DNA from: Eledone cirrhosa
Taxonomy: Eukaryota
Assembly: GCA_964016885.1 (NCBI GenBank)
Contig: OZ024746.1
Span: forward strand, 13,082,001-13,146,000
Length of the DNA: 64,000 nucleotides
Direction of reading: 5' to 3'
Shown here: one piece after another, positions 25,790 to 38,849 of the stretch
How positions within the stretch are numbered: position 1 is the stretch's first letter
Layout of the letters: every line of letters begins with the position of its first letter
The notes under the pieces: model-generated
What the model was told of the DNA's origin: nothing
Database searches by the model: none
Seen by the model: only the letters and a program-made list of their open reading frames with translations
Position numbers and translations under genes: made by a program

Positions 25790-26660
25790 ACGACCATTAG
25801 ATAAACAAAGGATACCTTTGTGCATTGTGCTGCCTGCAAACTTTCTTACTTGCTAAACTGCAGCTGGTCTTTTGGTTCTTTGCCAAATGAGTCTCTACTA
25901 ACTTTGTGGATTCATCCTATCTACCCAGATAGCTTTGTAAGTAGCATTCCTGCTGATAAAGTCACAGCATTTGCTGCCTATTTTGTTTCCAATTCTACAT
26001 TCCATACACACTGCAAAGCTTCTCATAAACCTCTTTTTCCATTCTACATATTTTTACACCATGTGTAAACATTTTTTCAATTTCTTTAATTCAACAAGGT
26101 ATTTAGTCCTGATAGCATTCCTTCCTTTACTTCCAAACAGTTTACTCCAGAGCTAGCCTTTATTACTCATTTTTTCCTACATTCCTACAGGGATATATGC
26201 CAACTGCATATCTAATCTGCTCTCACTACCAAATTCTCATCAGTAGTGGAAACAAGTCATAAATGACCACCTATTTTATCACCTTAAGTCACTCTGCTTT
26301 ATTACTAACCATTAGTATAGTTTCCATGGAGCTGAAACTGCTGGATATAAACTTATATTACATGTACCAATGGTATCTTGCTTTTGAGAACTTATGAAAA
26401 GGGATTGTTGTTGCCCTTAGCTCAGTACAATTTTTTACTTTGTCTACTATGAGAATTTCCAAGAACTATTACCTGTTTATAGTCTCTGTAGATTTCTCAT
26501 CTCTTGAACCTGGAGTTCCTCCTTATATGGCTTCACCATAGTTTACATTGGCCTGGTTCTCACCAACTGACAGTCTATCAATTCTTGTGTAGTTGAAGGT
26601 CTAGTTACATCTCCAATACTTTTCCTTGTGTATATTAATGACCTACTTGTTACTTCTAAC
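25790..26660 (+). mobile_element. Highly decayed non-RTE LINE RT (CR1/Jockey-type)
   Basis: SPILFLVYINDL at ~26603-26645, preceded by a VAL.. motif remnant. Many stops. Confidence 0.5.
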
Positions 26661-28398
26661 CACATACGAATGGAAATTCTCTTAAGTGGAGAATATATTT
26701 ATGAAGTTTTAATATTTTGATATTTAAAATGTTTTAAGTGTCATTTAGATTATAGTTTTTGTTTCACAACTCAATTGCATAATGATTTTTTTTACCAATT
26801 TCCGAATGTTTTGAAGACCATATTCTTTCAAAACATATAAAAACAATAGGAAAAACAAATTTCATCTCCAAAGTGAAACCGGTGTAATATTCACCTTCAA
26901 AACGAAAATATTTTAGCATCTTGTTTACATAGAATTTGAAGTTAGTGAAAATCAGCAAAATATTGACCTTGAATATAAGTTGACCCTCACCCCCATTTTA
27001 CTATAATTTTTTTGGCACATATTTCTCAGCTTATATATAAGTATATATATAGTAGATCTGAAATAAAATACTTCCTCTTCAGAACCAGACAACACTTAAG
27101 CTCCGACCAGTTGCTATCCTTCTACAAGATTTAAGTTCAATCTATTTTAGAGTATTGTTTACATATTTATGATGGTTCTGCTACTGTATGTACACAAACA
27201 TGTTCAACTTCATCAGAAAAAGGTTAACTGGTTGATTAGCTACATACTACAACCACTGGATATGTGATACATTTTTTCTCCTGTTTACCTCTTCTACCAC
27301 TAATATGATGGCTTCTGTTCCTTTAAACTAGCAAGCTATTAACTATCATGTCTTGACATACTTGATTCAGCTTACAAAAGCCACTGGTTTGATGAACGGA
27401 GAGGATTATATAAAAGGAACAAATCAAACCTATACTTCTAAGTTTGTCATATTCAGCTGTCAGATTTAGTAAATTAAAGTATCTTTTTTTTCCTAATTCA
27501 AATGGAGCTTTCAGCTTTGATGGATACACACAACCATTTTTGCCTTTTCTAACATTGTTTAATCTATTCTAGTTAATAACATTGATATCTATAAAAGGAA
27601 TAAATTATCTAAGAAGTTACTGTTTGTTCTTGAAAAGGATACATATTGACAGAAGAAAATTGTTAGATAAGATTTTAGACCATCTTCCAATGAAAGCAGC
27701 CTGCTAAAAGCATCAGATCTTTAGAATAAAGAAAATGAAAATCCCTCATAATAGCATGGTAGGGTATAGAGGTCAAGGGAAAGAAAGTAGAGAGATAGCT
27801 AAGGCCATGAAAAGATCACAGCAGTTAAGTAACAAAATAAATAAATGAATAACATATATGTCTAAAAAGAAAAGAGTTTCTGATAAAACTATAAATTCTA
27901 CATTATTTTCAGTGGCTGAGAACTAGATTTTTAGAAGAAATATACACAAACATGTTTGAAAAAATATGCTGCAGAAATAAAAAAAAGTTAGGCATGCAAT
28001 TAATGGCTGAGTAGTTGGAAGGATGAGAAACTAAAAGGCTGTTGTAAAATAGTAAAAACATCAAGCCAGCCGATAATGGGACTGAATATAAATGTAGCCA
28101 GTCAAATTATGGTTAAGACTGTCAAATGTTATAAAGGGTAAGACGATGTAAATTATAAGAGTTTCAGTCTTATTGAATAAAAGAAACATGTCAGTCATTA
28201 TAGAGCTGATGTAGCATAAAGAAACATTAAGTGCCATGGCCAGGGATAACACATTAGTATTTTCTGAATCGGATAATTTCAGAATAAATGATAGGATGAA
28301 TTAAGGCAAATACTGTGAAATTTATGTGTATGAAAATATTTAGGTCAAAAGTATGAAAGCTACTACGAAGGAGGGTTTTGAGGTCAAAATATTTGTCT

Positions 28399-28609
28399 TT
28401 AACTCTTAATGTCTTGTATCACATGAAACTACATCAGCAAAACATTCTTGAAATGTACAAAACAACACTATAACTGTATTACATTCAACATTAAAGTGTT
28501 TTCTCTTATACTACAACTTTTTAAAACAATCCATCCGTTCACAAGTAAAGATATAATCATTTGAATTAACAAACCCATTTAAAAATCATTACAGGATATT
28601 AAGAGTTAA
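28399..28609. mobile_element. piggyBac-type MITE
   Basis: TTAA-CTCTTAATGTCTTGTA ... TACAGGATATTAAGAG-TTAA. Confidence 0.8.
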
Positions 28610-28671
28610 TGCTTTTTCATTTTGGCTTTTGAAATTTCCCTTCTGTGGAATTTAGATTCTAGGAAATTATA

Positions 28672-28902
28672 TTAACCCTTTAGTTACCAACATGGTCCAA
28701 ACTGTCTCTAGTTCTAAGAAATAAAACCACCCATTTTAAAGGTTTCCAATGTAAATTAAAATCTTCCAACATAATTTTACAAAAAAGAACCTTACATTAA
28801 GTTACTATCTTAGCAATGAAATAATTATTAATTTTAGTAAATCCCTCAAAATTAATTAAAATAGAGTGTATTTCATTAGAAATGTGGTCATGAAAGGGTT
28901 AA
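28672..28902. mobile_element. piggyBac-type MITE (family that seeds the 25-bp satellite)
   Basis: TTAA-CCCTTT ... AAAGGG-TTAA. Internal AAATCTTCCAACATAATTTTA is shared with 45500 and 59355. Confidence 0.8.
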
Positions 28903-29024
28903 TGGAATATATCCAGCCAATCTTAGGATAAATATTGCTCAAAACAATATCTTTTGTTAACCCGACTGACATACTTAATTCTAAGTTTTCCCTGTTACAT
29001 ATTAATAATGATGTTCTTGTGTAG

Positions 29025-29200
29025 ACATAACATGGTTGAATAGTTAAGTATTTCACTTCACAATCATTAGGTCCCAGGTTCAATCCCGCTGCATGGTATC
29101 TCAGGCAAGTATTATTTACCTCACATAGCCTTGGGTCATCCCATGCCTTGTGAGTGAAATTGGGTGTAAATGGAAACTGTTTAGAAGCCCACCTGAAGGG
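29025..29200 (+). mobile_element. Decayed tRNA-derived SINE
   Basis: B-box GGTTCAATCCC followed by a CAGGCAAGT..GCCTTGTGAGTG body. Confidence 0.65.
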
Positions 29201-29484
29201 CTGAACTTGCAATTCAAAGGGCCAGCCTTGTCACATACTATCACACTAAATCTCCTTGAGATTTACTTATAAGGTACATATTTCTGTAGAATGCTCAGCC
29301 ACTTACACGTTAATTTCATGAGTAGGCTGTTATGTCGATTGATCAACTGGAACACTTTTCTGTTCAAATCAACAGAGGTCAATTCATTCTTATTGTAATT
29401 TTATTTTACAAAATAAATAATTTTTTTTTCTATTGGTTATTTTTAAAACAATTTTACTTTCTTTAACAATATCCTTTAAATGTA

Positions 29485-31218
29485 AATCATCATCATCATC
29501 ATCATCACCGTTTTACGTCCGTTCTTCCACGCTAGCATGGGTTAGACGGGTTGTCCTGTTGTCAGCAGTGTCTGGTCGGCTGACCATGCCTTGCTCATAC
29601 AGGAACTGATCTGGCTTGATTTCTACAGCTGGATGCCCTTCCTAACACCAACCTCATTTACAGTGAGTGCTGGGTGCTTTTTCGTGGCGCCTACACGTCC
29701 ACTTTACAGTGTGGGCTGGGTGCTTTTTTGCCGTGGCACCTCCACGACCACCTTGCGGTGGGGGGGGGGGGGGCATATTGTTTATATGCTTCAGCATGTA
29801 CCCATGGGAGGTCGGGAACCCTGTATTACTGCGTGACGCCAGAAGTCACGGTCGTGTGTCATTGACTTTGAGAGGTGTAGTTGGGTAAGGTCGGCTTTTA
29901 TCACCTCATCCCAAGTCATCTTGGGTCTCCCCACTCCGCGGTTTCCATCAACTTCTAGTGCTCTGCACCTTTTTATGCAGCTGTCATCCTTCATACGCAT
30001 CACATGTCCATACCAGCGTAACCGCCTCTCCTGCACGCAGCATTTGATTCCTCTTATGCTCAGTCTCTCTCTCAATTCCTTTATGCTTTGTCGTTCACGT
30101 ATATTACTGTTACACATCCATCGGAGCATGCAGGCTTCGTTTCTCTCTAATCTACGTAAGTCTTCCACCTTCAGCGCCCAGGTCTCACTACCTTGCAACA
30201 TCGCTGTTCGGATACACGCATCATACAGTCTGCCTTTCATTCTGAGGGAGAAGCCTTTTGCAGCTAGCAGTGGTAGTAGTTCCCTAAACTTCTTCCATCC
30301 CGTTCTTACCCTAGTTATTGTACTTTCTGAGCACCCACCTCCGTTGCTAATTCGGTCACCTAGGTAGCAGAAGCTGTCTACTGTTTCTACAGGGCCCTCC
30401 CAGAGATTGGTGGTACTTGTTTCCTGTGGCTGTCTGCTTGCTGTTTCAGCACAGCTGCTGCATGTGAATCCTACATTCTTAATTAAGCTTCCTGAGATCC
30501 CGCTACATCTCTTGTGTACCCATTGTTTGCCTTTGGGGCAGAGAATGGAGTTCCTACCTACACCTTTCCTACATACTGAGCAAGGCCATTTCCCTGAGGG
30601 GATCTGGGTTCTGTTTTCTCGTCTACTTATAAGGACCTTAGTCTTTGTCATGTTGACTTTGAGGCCCTTTCTCTCTAGTCCCTGCTTCCAGGTTTGGAAT
30701 TTATTCTCTAGTTCTACCATAGATTCAGCTATGAGTGCGAGGTCATCAGCATACAGGAGTTCCCATGGGCATCCGGTCTTAAACTCCTCCGTTATTGCCT
30801 GCAGGACTATGATGAACAGGAGAGGGCTAAGAACAGAGCCCTGGTGGACCCCAACCTGTACGCTAAATTCCTCGCTATACTCATTGCCAATCCTAACTTT
30901 GCTGACTGCTCCCCTATACATGGCTTGTACCGCTTTCACAAGCCATTCATCTACTCCTAGTTTTCTAAGAGCCCACCAGATTACTGCACGTGGAACTCTG
31001 TCAAAGGCTTTCTCAAGGTCGACAAATGCCAAGTAGAGTGGCTTACTTTTAGCTAGGTACTTTTCCTGTAATTGCCTCACAAGGAAGAGGGCATCAGTGG
31101 TGCCTTTCCCTGGTACAAACCCAAATTGCATCTCGTCTATATTCACCCGGTCCCTAATCAGCTGTGCTATAACTCTTTCTGTTACTTTCATGACCTGGTC
31201 CATCAACTTTATATCTCT
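29485..31218 (-). mobile_element. Young 5'-truncated RTE-clade LINE
   Basis: Uninterrupted RT ORF, 3'UTR with 48-bp-like units, near-palindromic terminal CCATGCTAGCGTGG and an (ATG)n tail. Possible GTAAAT TSD. Confidence 0.95.
29791..31206 (-). CDS. RTE reverse transcriptase (endonuclease lost by 5' truncation) with PHD-like Cys/His finger
   Basis: QFGF, FVDLEKAFD, GVHQGSVLSPLLF, YADD, FCYLG, GSETW, RLRWYGHVMR and GRPKMTW motifs. CxxC..CxxG..HxxC..CxxC insert after RT. Confidence 0.9.
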   Translation of the reverse strand: MMDQVMKVTERVIAQLIRDRVNIDEMQFGFVPGKGTTDALFLVRQLQEKYLAKSKPLYLAFVDLEKAFDRVPRAVIWWALRKLGVDEWLVKAVQAMYRGAVSKVRIGNEYSEEFSVQVGVHQGSVLSPLLFIIVLQAITEEFKTGCPWELLYADDLALIAESMVELENKFQTWKQGLERKGLKVNMTKTKVLISRRENRTQIPSGKWPCSVCRKGVGRNSILCPKGKQWVHKRCSGISGSLIKNVGFTCSSCAETASRQPQETSTTNLWEGPVETVDSFCYLGDRISNGGGCSESTITRVRTGWKKFRELLPLLAAKGFSLRMKGRLYDACIRTAMLQGSETWALKVEDLRRLERNEACMLRWMCNSNIRERQSIKELRERLSIRGIKCCVQERRLRWYGHVMRMKDDSCIKRCRALEVDGNRGVGRPKMTWDEVIKADLTQLHLSKSMTHDRDFWRHAVIQGSRPPMGTC

Positions 31219-31373
31219 CAGAGTAAATTAGATCTTCACAATTGGCATATTAATTGTGTGGCATTTTGGACCAGCATGCTTTTTACCATAGCCTCAAGTC
31301 AATTCAAGTCTATGAAACAAAATTATTTATAAGTAAGCTATTCATTAATTAACGTGCATATTCTTTTTCCTGC

Positions 31374-31424
<51 letters not shown>

Positions 31425-31804
31425 GTATGTATTCAAATTATTTAATGTAATAACTAACATCAAAAGGAGACAACAACTATGATACCATAACAAAAAACAT
31501 GACAACAAAATTATATTATGTTCTTATCAGTAGGTCATATGGCATGTTGTCTACTCCTTCCATTTGGTCACATGACATACTGTCTCAGATGCTCAATACA
31601 TCTGTCACTTAGTAACAGACACTTTTATTTTTGGCAATAGTAAGATAGATGCAGATCAGACCCCCCCCCCCCCCCATTCACCCTTTCAACCTATCTGAGA
31701 GATCAGTAGCTCAGCTTGAGTACTGACCCTGTCCATTTGATGACCTGCTAGCAGGAAAAACAGCCATTAAATGATGATGCTGGCTATCTCTCTCTCTCTC
31801 TCAG

Positions 31805-31914
31805 TCATAATAGTAGTAGCAGTAGTAGTAGTAGTAGTAGTAGCAGCAGTAGTGGTAGTAGTAGTGGTGGTGGCAGTAGTAGTAGCAGTAGTAGTAGTAG
31901 CAGTAGCAGCAGTA
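31805..31914. repeat. (TAG/CAG/TGG)n trinucleotide microsatellite
   Basis: Direct observation. Confidence 0.9.
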
Positions 31915-32430
31915 CCTGTACATGTTCTCCTATTTTCCCCTCACTTTTTTTATCTAGCTTTACCCTTTCATTCCTTCAATCTCTTTCCTCTAATATTTCC
32001 TCTTCTTGGACTTCTTAAAACCCTGCCACACATCTTACACACAACCACTTTTATATATTATTAGAACTCCTTCAACTGTTTTTAACTTTCACTTATTTTA
32101 ATCTAATTCTTGTCATTTTCTTTAATGCTTCATTTTCTCATTCATAAAACAAGAACACATTCTCTCCCCTCCCCCTCTCTGTGTTTGATTAGTTAATTGT
32201 ATTGAAAACTTTATTATCTACCTCATCAATATTTAAGGATTACCGATATAGTCATCTTTGGACATGTATTAATTTGTGTTCACTGAAGTGGTAAAATATT
32301 CTATTAATATGATTATTTATGAGGGAAGGTGAAACAAAATGGTGTAATGTTTGTGACTTTTGAAAGTTATAATTAATAAATAAATGTTCTGACACATGAA
32401 TTACTGGTTCTCCAGATTTAAAGGAATAGG

Positions 32431-32471
32431 TTTTGCTGAAGAACTCTTATAAGACTGAAACATGTCAAGAG
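32431..32471 (+). ncRNA. Decayed minimal hammerhead motif
   Basis: TTTTG-CTGAAGA-ACTCTT(at)AAGACT-GAAA-CATG-TC-AAGAG. Palindromic ACATGT stem III and GUC triplet. Stem I is weak. Confidence 0.5.
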
Positions 32472-32699
32472 TTGTCACTGTATTTGTAAAGGATTAGACT
32501 ATTCTTTCTCTCATTACTTTGTCTATTTTCACATTTAATTAATTAACTCTTAATGTCCTGTACCACATCAAACCGCATTAGAAAGACATTCTTGAAAAAT
32601 ACAAAACAGCTCTATGAGTGCATCAAATTATAAATTGAAGTCTTTACTCTAATACTGCAAATTTATGCATCAATCTTTCTACTAGTAAAGATACTATAA

Positions 32700-33028
32700 A
32701 CAGGAAGGACATCCAATCATAGAACCTGCCAATCTAAAGGTCAGGAGGACTCTTCAGGTGTGTCAATAGACATGTAAACCTCCCTACTGTTGGTGCCTCG
32801 ATAAAATGCATTCCGTAGAGCACAGGAATATAAGTGAGTTACAGGCACTTGGCTCAACTGAGCACTCAATGGAATGCAGGAGTCTATGTAAACAAGACGT
32901 ATGCCTCTGGCTCATCTGAGAGGTCAGTAGCTCTGCATGAGTACTGACTCAGTCTACAGTGACCTGTCCAACCCTTGCTAGCAGGGATAAATGAATATTA
33001 AATGATGATAGTGATGATGATGATGATG
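32700..33028 (+). mobile_element. RTE-tail element (third 3'UTR variant; also 31690-31780 and 44440-44712)
   Basis: Shared CTGAGCACTCA..GCAGG body and CCTTGCTAGCAGGG..TTAAATGATGA tail. Confidence 0.7.
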
Positions 33029-33059
33029 CAACACCATAATGATAGATCTCTTCTGGTCT

Positions 33060-33523
33060 AAGAGTTACTATAATTTTAAAGTGGTCAAACAGCCTGTGTG
33101 TTTCCAATTGTTGTTGGACCGAGATCTTTGGTGCTACACAGTAATACAGAAGACCCACCTTGCCTAAGTACAAAGCGAAACCTACAGTCAGTAGGCACCT
33201 CTAACAAAAATACACCCCAGCCCCACCACCCCACCCCATCCACACCACCCCTTTCGATGTAAAGTTATGTTGGTATCACAACATCCAGTCCGAAATAAAT
33301 GAGGTCGTGTAGGTGTCACGAAAAAAAACACACAGTCCACGCTGTAATGTGGCCGTGTAGGTAACACGGTAAACGTGGTTGGTGTTAGGAAGGGCATCCA
33401 ACCGTAGAAAACCCGCCAGACAGTCCTATACGAGCAAGACAACCAATCTTGCCTCAAGTGGGAAAACTCCCGTCCAAACCCATGCAAGCGTGGAAGATGG
33501 ACATTAAACGATGATGATGATGA
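33060..33523 (+). mobile_element. RTE 3' end (second subfamily)
   Basis: LDRDLWCYTVIQKT ORF-end remnant, 3'UTR near-identical to 2098-2333, and a (GAT)n tail. Confidence 0.85.
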
Positions 33524-33981
33524 TAGGTTCAAAAATAGACAGTTGTTTAGGCATAGAAAAATACCAAAGTTCAAACAAGGTTTTTTTTATAAATTGTGCC
33601 TTCAGAAACGTATTACGCATATGTTCATGTTCGTAAAGTTAACTGAGTGATTCATCTGCTGTAGAAAATTGTGTTATACATGCATTTATGTTTGTAAAGT
33701 CAATGGTGTGATTCATATGTTTTAGAAAATAATGTTATACATATATTCATGAATTAAAGTTTCACTTTGGAGACATGAATAGTGTGAAAATGTTACTGAG
33801 GAAACACAAAAGAGAGAATAACATGTGCTTGTAACCTAGCAAAATAAAGATTACAGCTAATTGGTTGTTCATTCAGCTTAAACTTGTATAATATTTTAGA
33901 CTAGCTGAGAGAACTGCTAACTTGTCATTTCATGTGGCACTGTTTTCTGTCAAGGATATGAGAGAGAGAAAGAGAGAGAGA

Positions 33982-34026
<45 letters not shown>

Positions 34027-34189
34027 GCTTTAAGTAGTTATAATAACTACCAAAATACTGGTTTGTGAATTGATTAATGGAACCAGTGAAAAACATTTTC
34101 TCTCTCTTCTCTTCTTTGTCCACTTATTTCTGGGAGGAGGGGGGGGGGGGGGTCTTCAAACACTCCTTCCAGCAAGCCCTGTCAGATAC

Positions 34190-34690
34190 AATTGCCAGTC
34201 ATGATAACCACATCCAACCTGGCTGTGCATGTCAATCCAGTTCATGAAGGTTATGAACAGGAGAGGTGGCTGTATGTACTCTTGGTGAAGTCCAATTCCC
34301 ACATTGAATGGTTTTGATTTAGCACCATTTATCCAAACACAAATACTCAGGTATTTCTATAGACACATCAGCATAACAAGAAACTGTCCATTGATTTGAT
34401 ACTTCTGCAGAACCTTCCACAGCAGGTCCTGTGGAATGCAGTCATATGCCTTTTTGAGGTCTACAAAGCAAGCATACACCTCTTGGCAGTATTCCTATGA
34501 TTTCTCAAAGACCAGCCACAGTGTGAATATTTGGTTGGTTGTGCTGCATCTGGGGCGAAACCACACTGTTCATCAGTTAGCTTGGACTCGACAATCTCCT
34601 TACATTTCTTTGCTAGACACTTAGCCACTTAGCATAAGTTTGACCAGGGAGGCTTAACAAGGAGATCTCTTTATAATTGGAGCAATCTCT
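34190..34690 (-). mobile_element. Decayed RT fragment of a different RTE (Expander/BovB-like) family
   Basis: Minus strand gives DCSNYKEISLLSLPG, EQCGF, VYACFVDLKKAYDCIP and LLFITFMNWI. Confidence 0.85.
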
Positions 34691-35399
34691 TAGCAGAGTT
34701 AGAGAATGGGTTGAGAACGGATAGCAAAATGGCCACCAGATATGATGGCTGGTTGTGATATAAGTGGGCACCTGGATGACTAAGCAGCTCCAGACCAACA
34801 GCAATAAACTACTAGGAGAGATTGAGTAATGGGTGACACCTTTAGCTCCAAAGAAAACTCTCACAACCCCAAGATGTAGCTACAATGAGACGAGTAAAGG
34901 CCATCTCTAAAAAGCCTAGTCTTCGTGGGTCAGAGAAAAGTACCAGATTGGTGACTGGCGTGAATATGTCCACCAAAAATCACTGCAATATGGTGAGACA
35001 CAACAAAGACAGTGAAAAACATTGAAAAAAACAAAATATCACCTGTTGTGTGAGAGGTTTCTACAAGTCTTATGTCAGCCCTGCTAGATTAAAGGCATTC
35101 CGACAGTAACTATCCTGTCTTTCCAGTTTTTTTAGAGTTTATCTCATCCTACATTATCTAATATCATCATAATGTAGGTGTGTTGATGCCTATGTGTCCG
35201 TAGCAGTTGGTTATTATTGACACCTGTACTTCTGAGCAGACAAATGGCTGTTTCATTGGCTGATTAATATGAAAGGTGAAACACATCTGTTGACAAAGTT
35301 TGCAGTAGATCATTATTTCAGAAAGGTGATAGCAAAGGCACATCTGTTGATTTTAGCCTGTCTTGTATTAGCTAGTTCTTGTCAAAAGCAAACTGCTAA

Positions 35400-35672
35400 T
35401 TTGGAGATTTACATTCAAGTTACCTGAGATTCATGAGTAACTTGAATGGGCATGTGGTTAGAATGTCTCAGGAAAGAACCACTGGATAGATTTTATGGGC
35501 AGAACCAAATGGCAGGAAACCGAGGGGGTAGATCCCAAGCAAGATGGTTGGATAACATCCATGAGCTTGGGGAACCAGCTGGATCAGTTGGAGACGGCTG
35601 CTTCGACAGGATCTGCTGCAAGGAGTGTTTGAGGACCCTGCCCTCTCAGAAATAAGTGAGTGAAGAAGAAGA
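35400..35672 (+). mobile_element. C-terminal/3' fragment of an Expander-like RTE
   Basis: GHVVRMSQER..ILWAEPNGRKPRG and RSQARWLDNI across a frameshift, with a GAAGAAGAAG tail. Confidence 0.7.
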
Positions 35673-35934
35673 CATTCAGGTTACCAAGGTACCACATTTA
35701 TAACAACATACAGTATTCATCCAACAGAGTGATATAAGATTTCTGGCCCAGAATTAATTTTTATTTTTTAGAATTTTCTTTTTTCATCCAAGTACCTTTT
35801 TGTATTAAAAGAATAAGAACATTTATAGTCATTATTGTTTAAACCCATGTCAGTCCTCTTTCAGTTGATCTATGATTAAAGGGGTTCCAGCCTTAAACAT
35901 TCCATCATTTTGTATGTATATCAGCCTACACTGT

Positions 35935-36145
35935 AGATTGGTCGTGTAGGCCTCACAACAAAAGGCACCCAATACTCACTGTAAATGAGATTGGCACTAG
36001 GAAGGGCATCCAGCTGTAGAAACCAAGCCCAAATCAGTTCTGTATGAGCAAGATATGGTCAATTGACCTAGCATTGCCCACAACAGGACAACTCACTTAA
36101 CCCATGCTAGTGTGAAAAATGGACATAAAACGGTGATGATGATGA
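35935..36145 (+). mobile_element. RTE 3' end
   Basis: AGGAAGGGCATCCAGCTGTAGAAAC..CCCATGCTAG..(GAT)n. Confidence 0.85.
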
Positions 36146-36762
36146 TCATCATCATAGATGACATTGTACAATGTTTTCTTTTCTTTATTTAAGATAGTAG
36201 GATGTGACATCTATTTCCAGCATCTCAAGAAACCACATACTAGGAACACTCAATGTAACCAAATATTTAAATTGTGTAGGTTGTACCTAATGCTATTTAG
36301 TTTCATTTCATAACATTACTTTAGCTATATTGAATAACAAGTTTGAATTGATACAAATTTATGTGTATGAAAAAAAAAAAAAAAGAGAGATACTCTTTAG
36401 ACAGATATATGAATTGTCAATAAATAAACTCCATTCAGATATTTCATATTCAAAGGTTCTTTTATCATAATCACAGATTCATCTGTTATCAAATGTTTAT
36501 TCCTGGAGAAAGTAAATACTACTTATTAAGTCTAGAAGCCAGCTATTATGAACACTCTTTTGTTAGATGAAGTTCATAGACAAAATCTTTTTGCTTAAAT
36601 TGCATAAGTAACTAGAGTGAATTTGGAACTAATTTTATATCAATCTAAATGAATTCCATTATGTTGATTATTTTCCTTTTTCAAAATACACCTAATTTAC
36701 CCATCACTGTTCTCTTTTTTCTTATATCTTTATTTAGTTTGGCTGTGTCTTTCATTTAATCA

Positions 36763-36961
36763 TTAATGCAACTGACAAGTTTCAAAAATCCTTCTGTGCC
36801 GGCTATACACATTACTTTTCTTTTGTCCATCAAAATAATTCCACCTGTATTGTCTGTAGATGATCACATCATTCTTCTTCTTTCTCCGTACACTCTTTCC
36901 TCTAGCATCTTCTTCCCTGCTCCTTCCTACTGTCTGTTTTCTTCTCTGTCTTGAAATCAAT
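36763..36961 (-). other. Possible terminal exon (unknown product)
   Basis: TTTTCTAAACAG acceptor, a 65-codon purine-rich open frame ending TAA, and AATAAA ~30 nt downstream. No homology recognised. Confidence 0.25.
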
Positions 36962-38741
36962 CTGTTTAGAAAATTGAACACAATGAAATAAAACCAATAT
37001 AGACTGAAGAATGTTCTTTGCTGCTGCAACATAAAAAAAAATCTCATTATTTTCATTGGCTGATGATAAGAAAGACAATCACTTGTAAAATGTTACCAAA
37101 TCATTTTCATTATGTAATCTATGGCAACTGTATGTAGATGTAGATGTAGATGATCAGTAACTGTGTGTAGTGGGGTTGGATATAAGTTAATGATTTTACT
37201 GTATATAGTAGGATTGGAGTCAGTTGTGAACACACAACAACCACTGTCCAACAATTTTATTGTCCTTCCTTTTTCTGACTATAATTTCAGAATATCTAAT
37301 ATTAATGCTAGAGCTAGAACTGAGAAATTGGCAGTGAAAGTAGGAGTGAAATTTAGTTACATTATAAGTTTGATGTTTCTCTTTTAGAGGAATGAATCTT
37401 TCAGCAAAGAATGGTTAGCAAGTTCAGTTTAGCATCACTGAGAGTACAGCGACCCCTTATATTTTCTATGCCATAACTCCATAACCGTTAATGTGGTTTT
37501 GTCACTATACGTGGTAGATATTTTAGGTAGTGAAGGACCACACCATCACTGAAGGTAAAGCGACCCCTTATATTTTCAATGTCATAACTGCTGTTGAGGT
37601 TTTGTCACTATACATGGTAGATGTTTAGGTAGACCAGGACCACACAGGTCTTTGCTAGGATCATCTAGGTTGATCAAGAGCTTGAGATCTAAGTGATTCT
37701 AGTTCTCAAGTTCTTTCTGGATTAAAGCATGTCACAGCCTGTTACATCTTTTGTGCTCATTGACCTGGATTGTTATTCTCTGCTTTGATATTTGTCCTTG
37801 ATTACTTTCAATAACTATACATAAAGTATGTATAAAGTGTCATATATGTTTAACAAACATATATTTTGTTTCGTTTGGTAGCTTGAAATAAATATAAAAC
37901 CAGTTCTTTTGTCTTTCTGAAGATAAATTCGAAAATGTAATCAAGATTGAGTAGCTCAATAATAGTACAAGTTTGATAGCCATTAAAGATTAGAGAATTA
38001 CTGATACTCTAGTCATTAATAGTAATTTGAGTTATGAATAAATATATACAGTTACACCCATATGTTTAATTCATATTTCATATTGCTAATGAAATACATT
38101 GTTGTTTGTTTCAATTGATTTTGAAAACAATCAAAACTAAATTTTTCATTAATGTGTAAAGAATTATAAATTCAGTGAAACATTATTGCCAGATAACATT
38201 TAACAATAGATTTATTTACATTTTCTGCTGGTTGATACATCAATGTATCTGTGACAGTCTATAATGATTATTATAGATATAAGACTTTAATTTTACATCA
38301 AAAGAATAATATATAGAAATAATATAAACAAAGTTAAAAGAGTGAACATTATTGAGATAAAGATGAACCCAGCATTCTAAAAATTTAGACACTATCTAAC
38401 TCAACAGCTGCAGCCTGAGGACATCTGTCACTTGTTGCCATACCTAGGCTTTGAAACTTAAAGTAATGTAATGCATGTTATGTGAATGAATCATAATAAC
38501 AAATTAGCTCTCTTGTGATGTTTATACTAAATGCTAGTAAATCCATGTGTGTGTTTGTGTACAAGAAGTGAGTCTTAAGGTTCTATACATGCAACTTGTC
38601 AAAGGTGTGAAATTGGTAATTGCAGTGGTAGTTGCATTGTAATAGCTATGTAAGCTGTAATGACTGCAGCTGTAAATTGTTGCAACTCACCATATGACCA
38701 TAGTTGCTGACCATAGCTGTCTGTGTTTATACATCTGTGTG

Positions 38742-38804
<63 letters not shown>

Positions 38805-38807
38805 ATG

Positions 38808-38849
<42 letters not shown>

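Noticed and set aside
29921-31036. Plus-strand ORFs of 148 and 209 aa
   Set aside because: Antisense shadows of the RT ORF with no independent motifs.
37910-37950. CTGAAGA..CGAAA motif (and a similar one at 38417) as hammerheads
   Set aside because: No credible stem I or stem II pairing.
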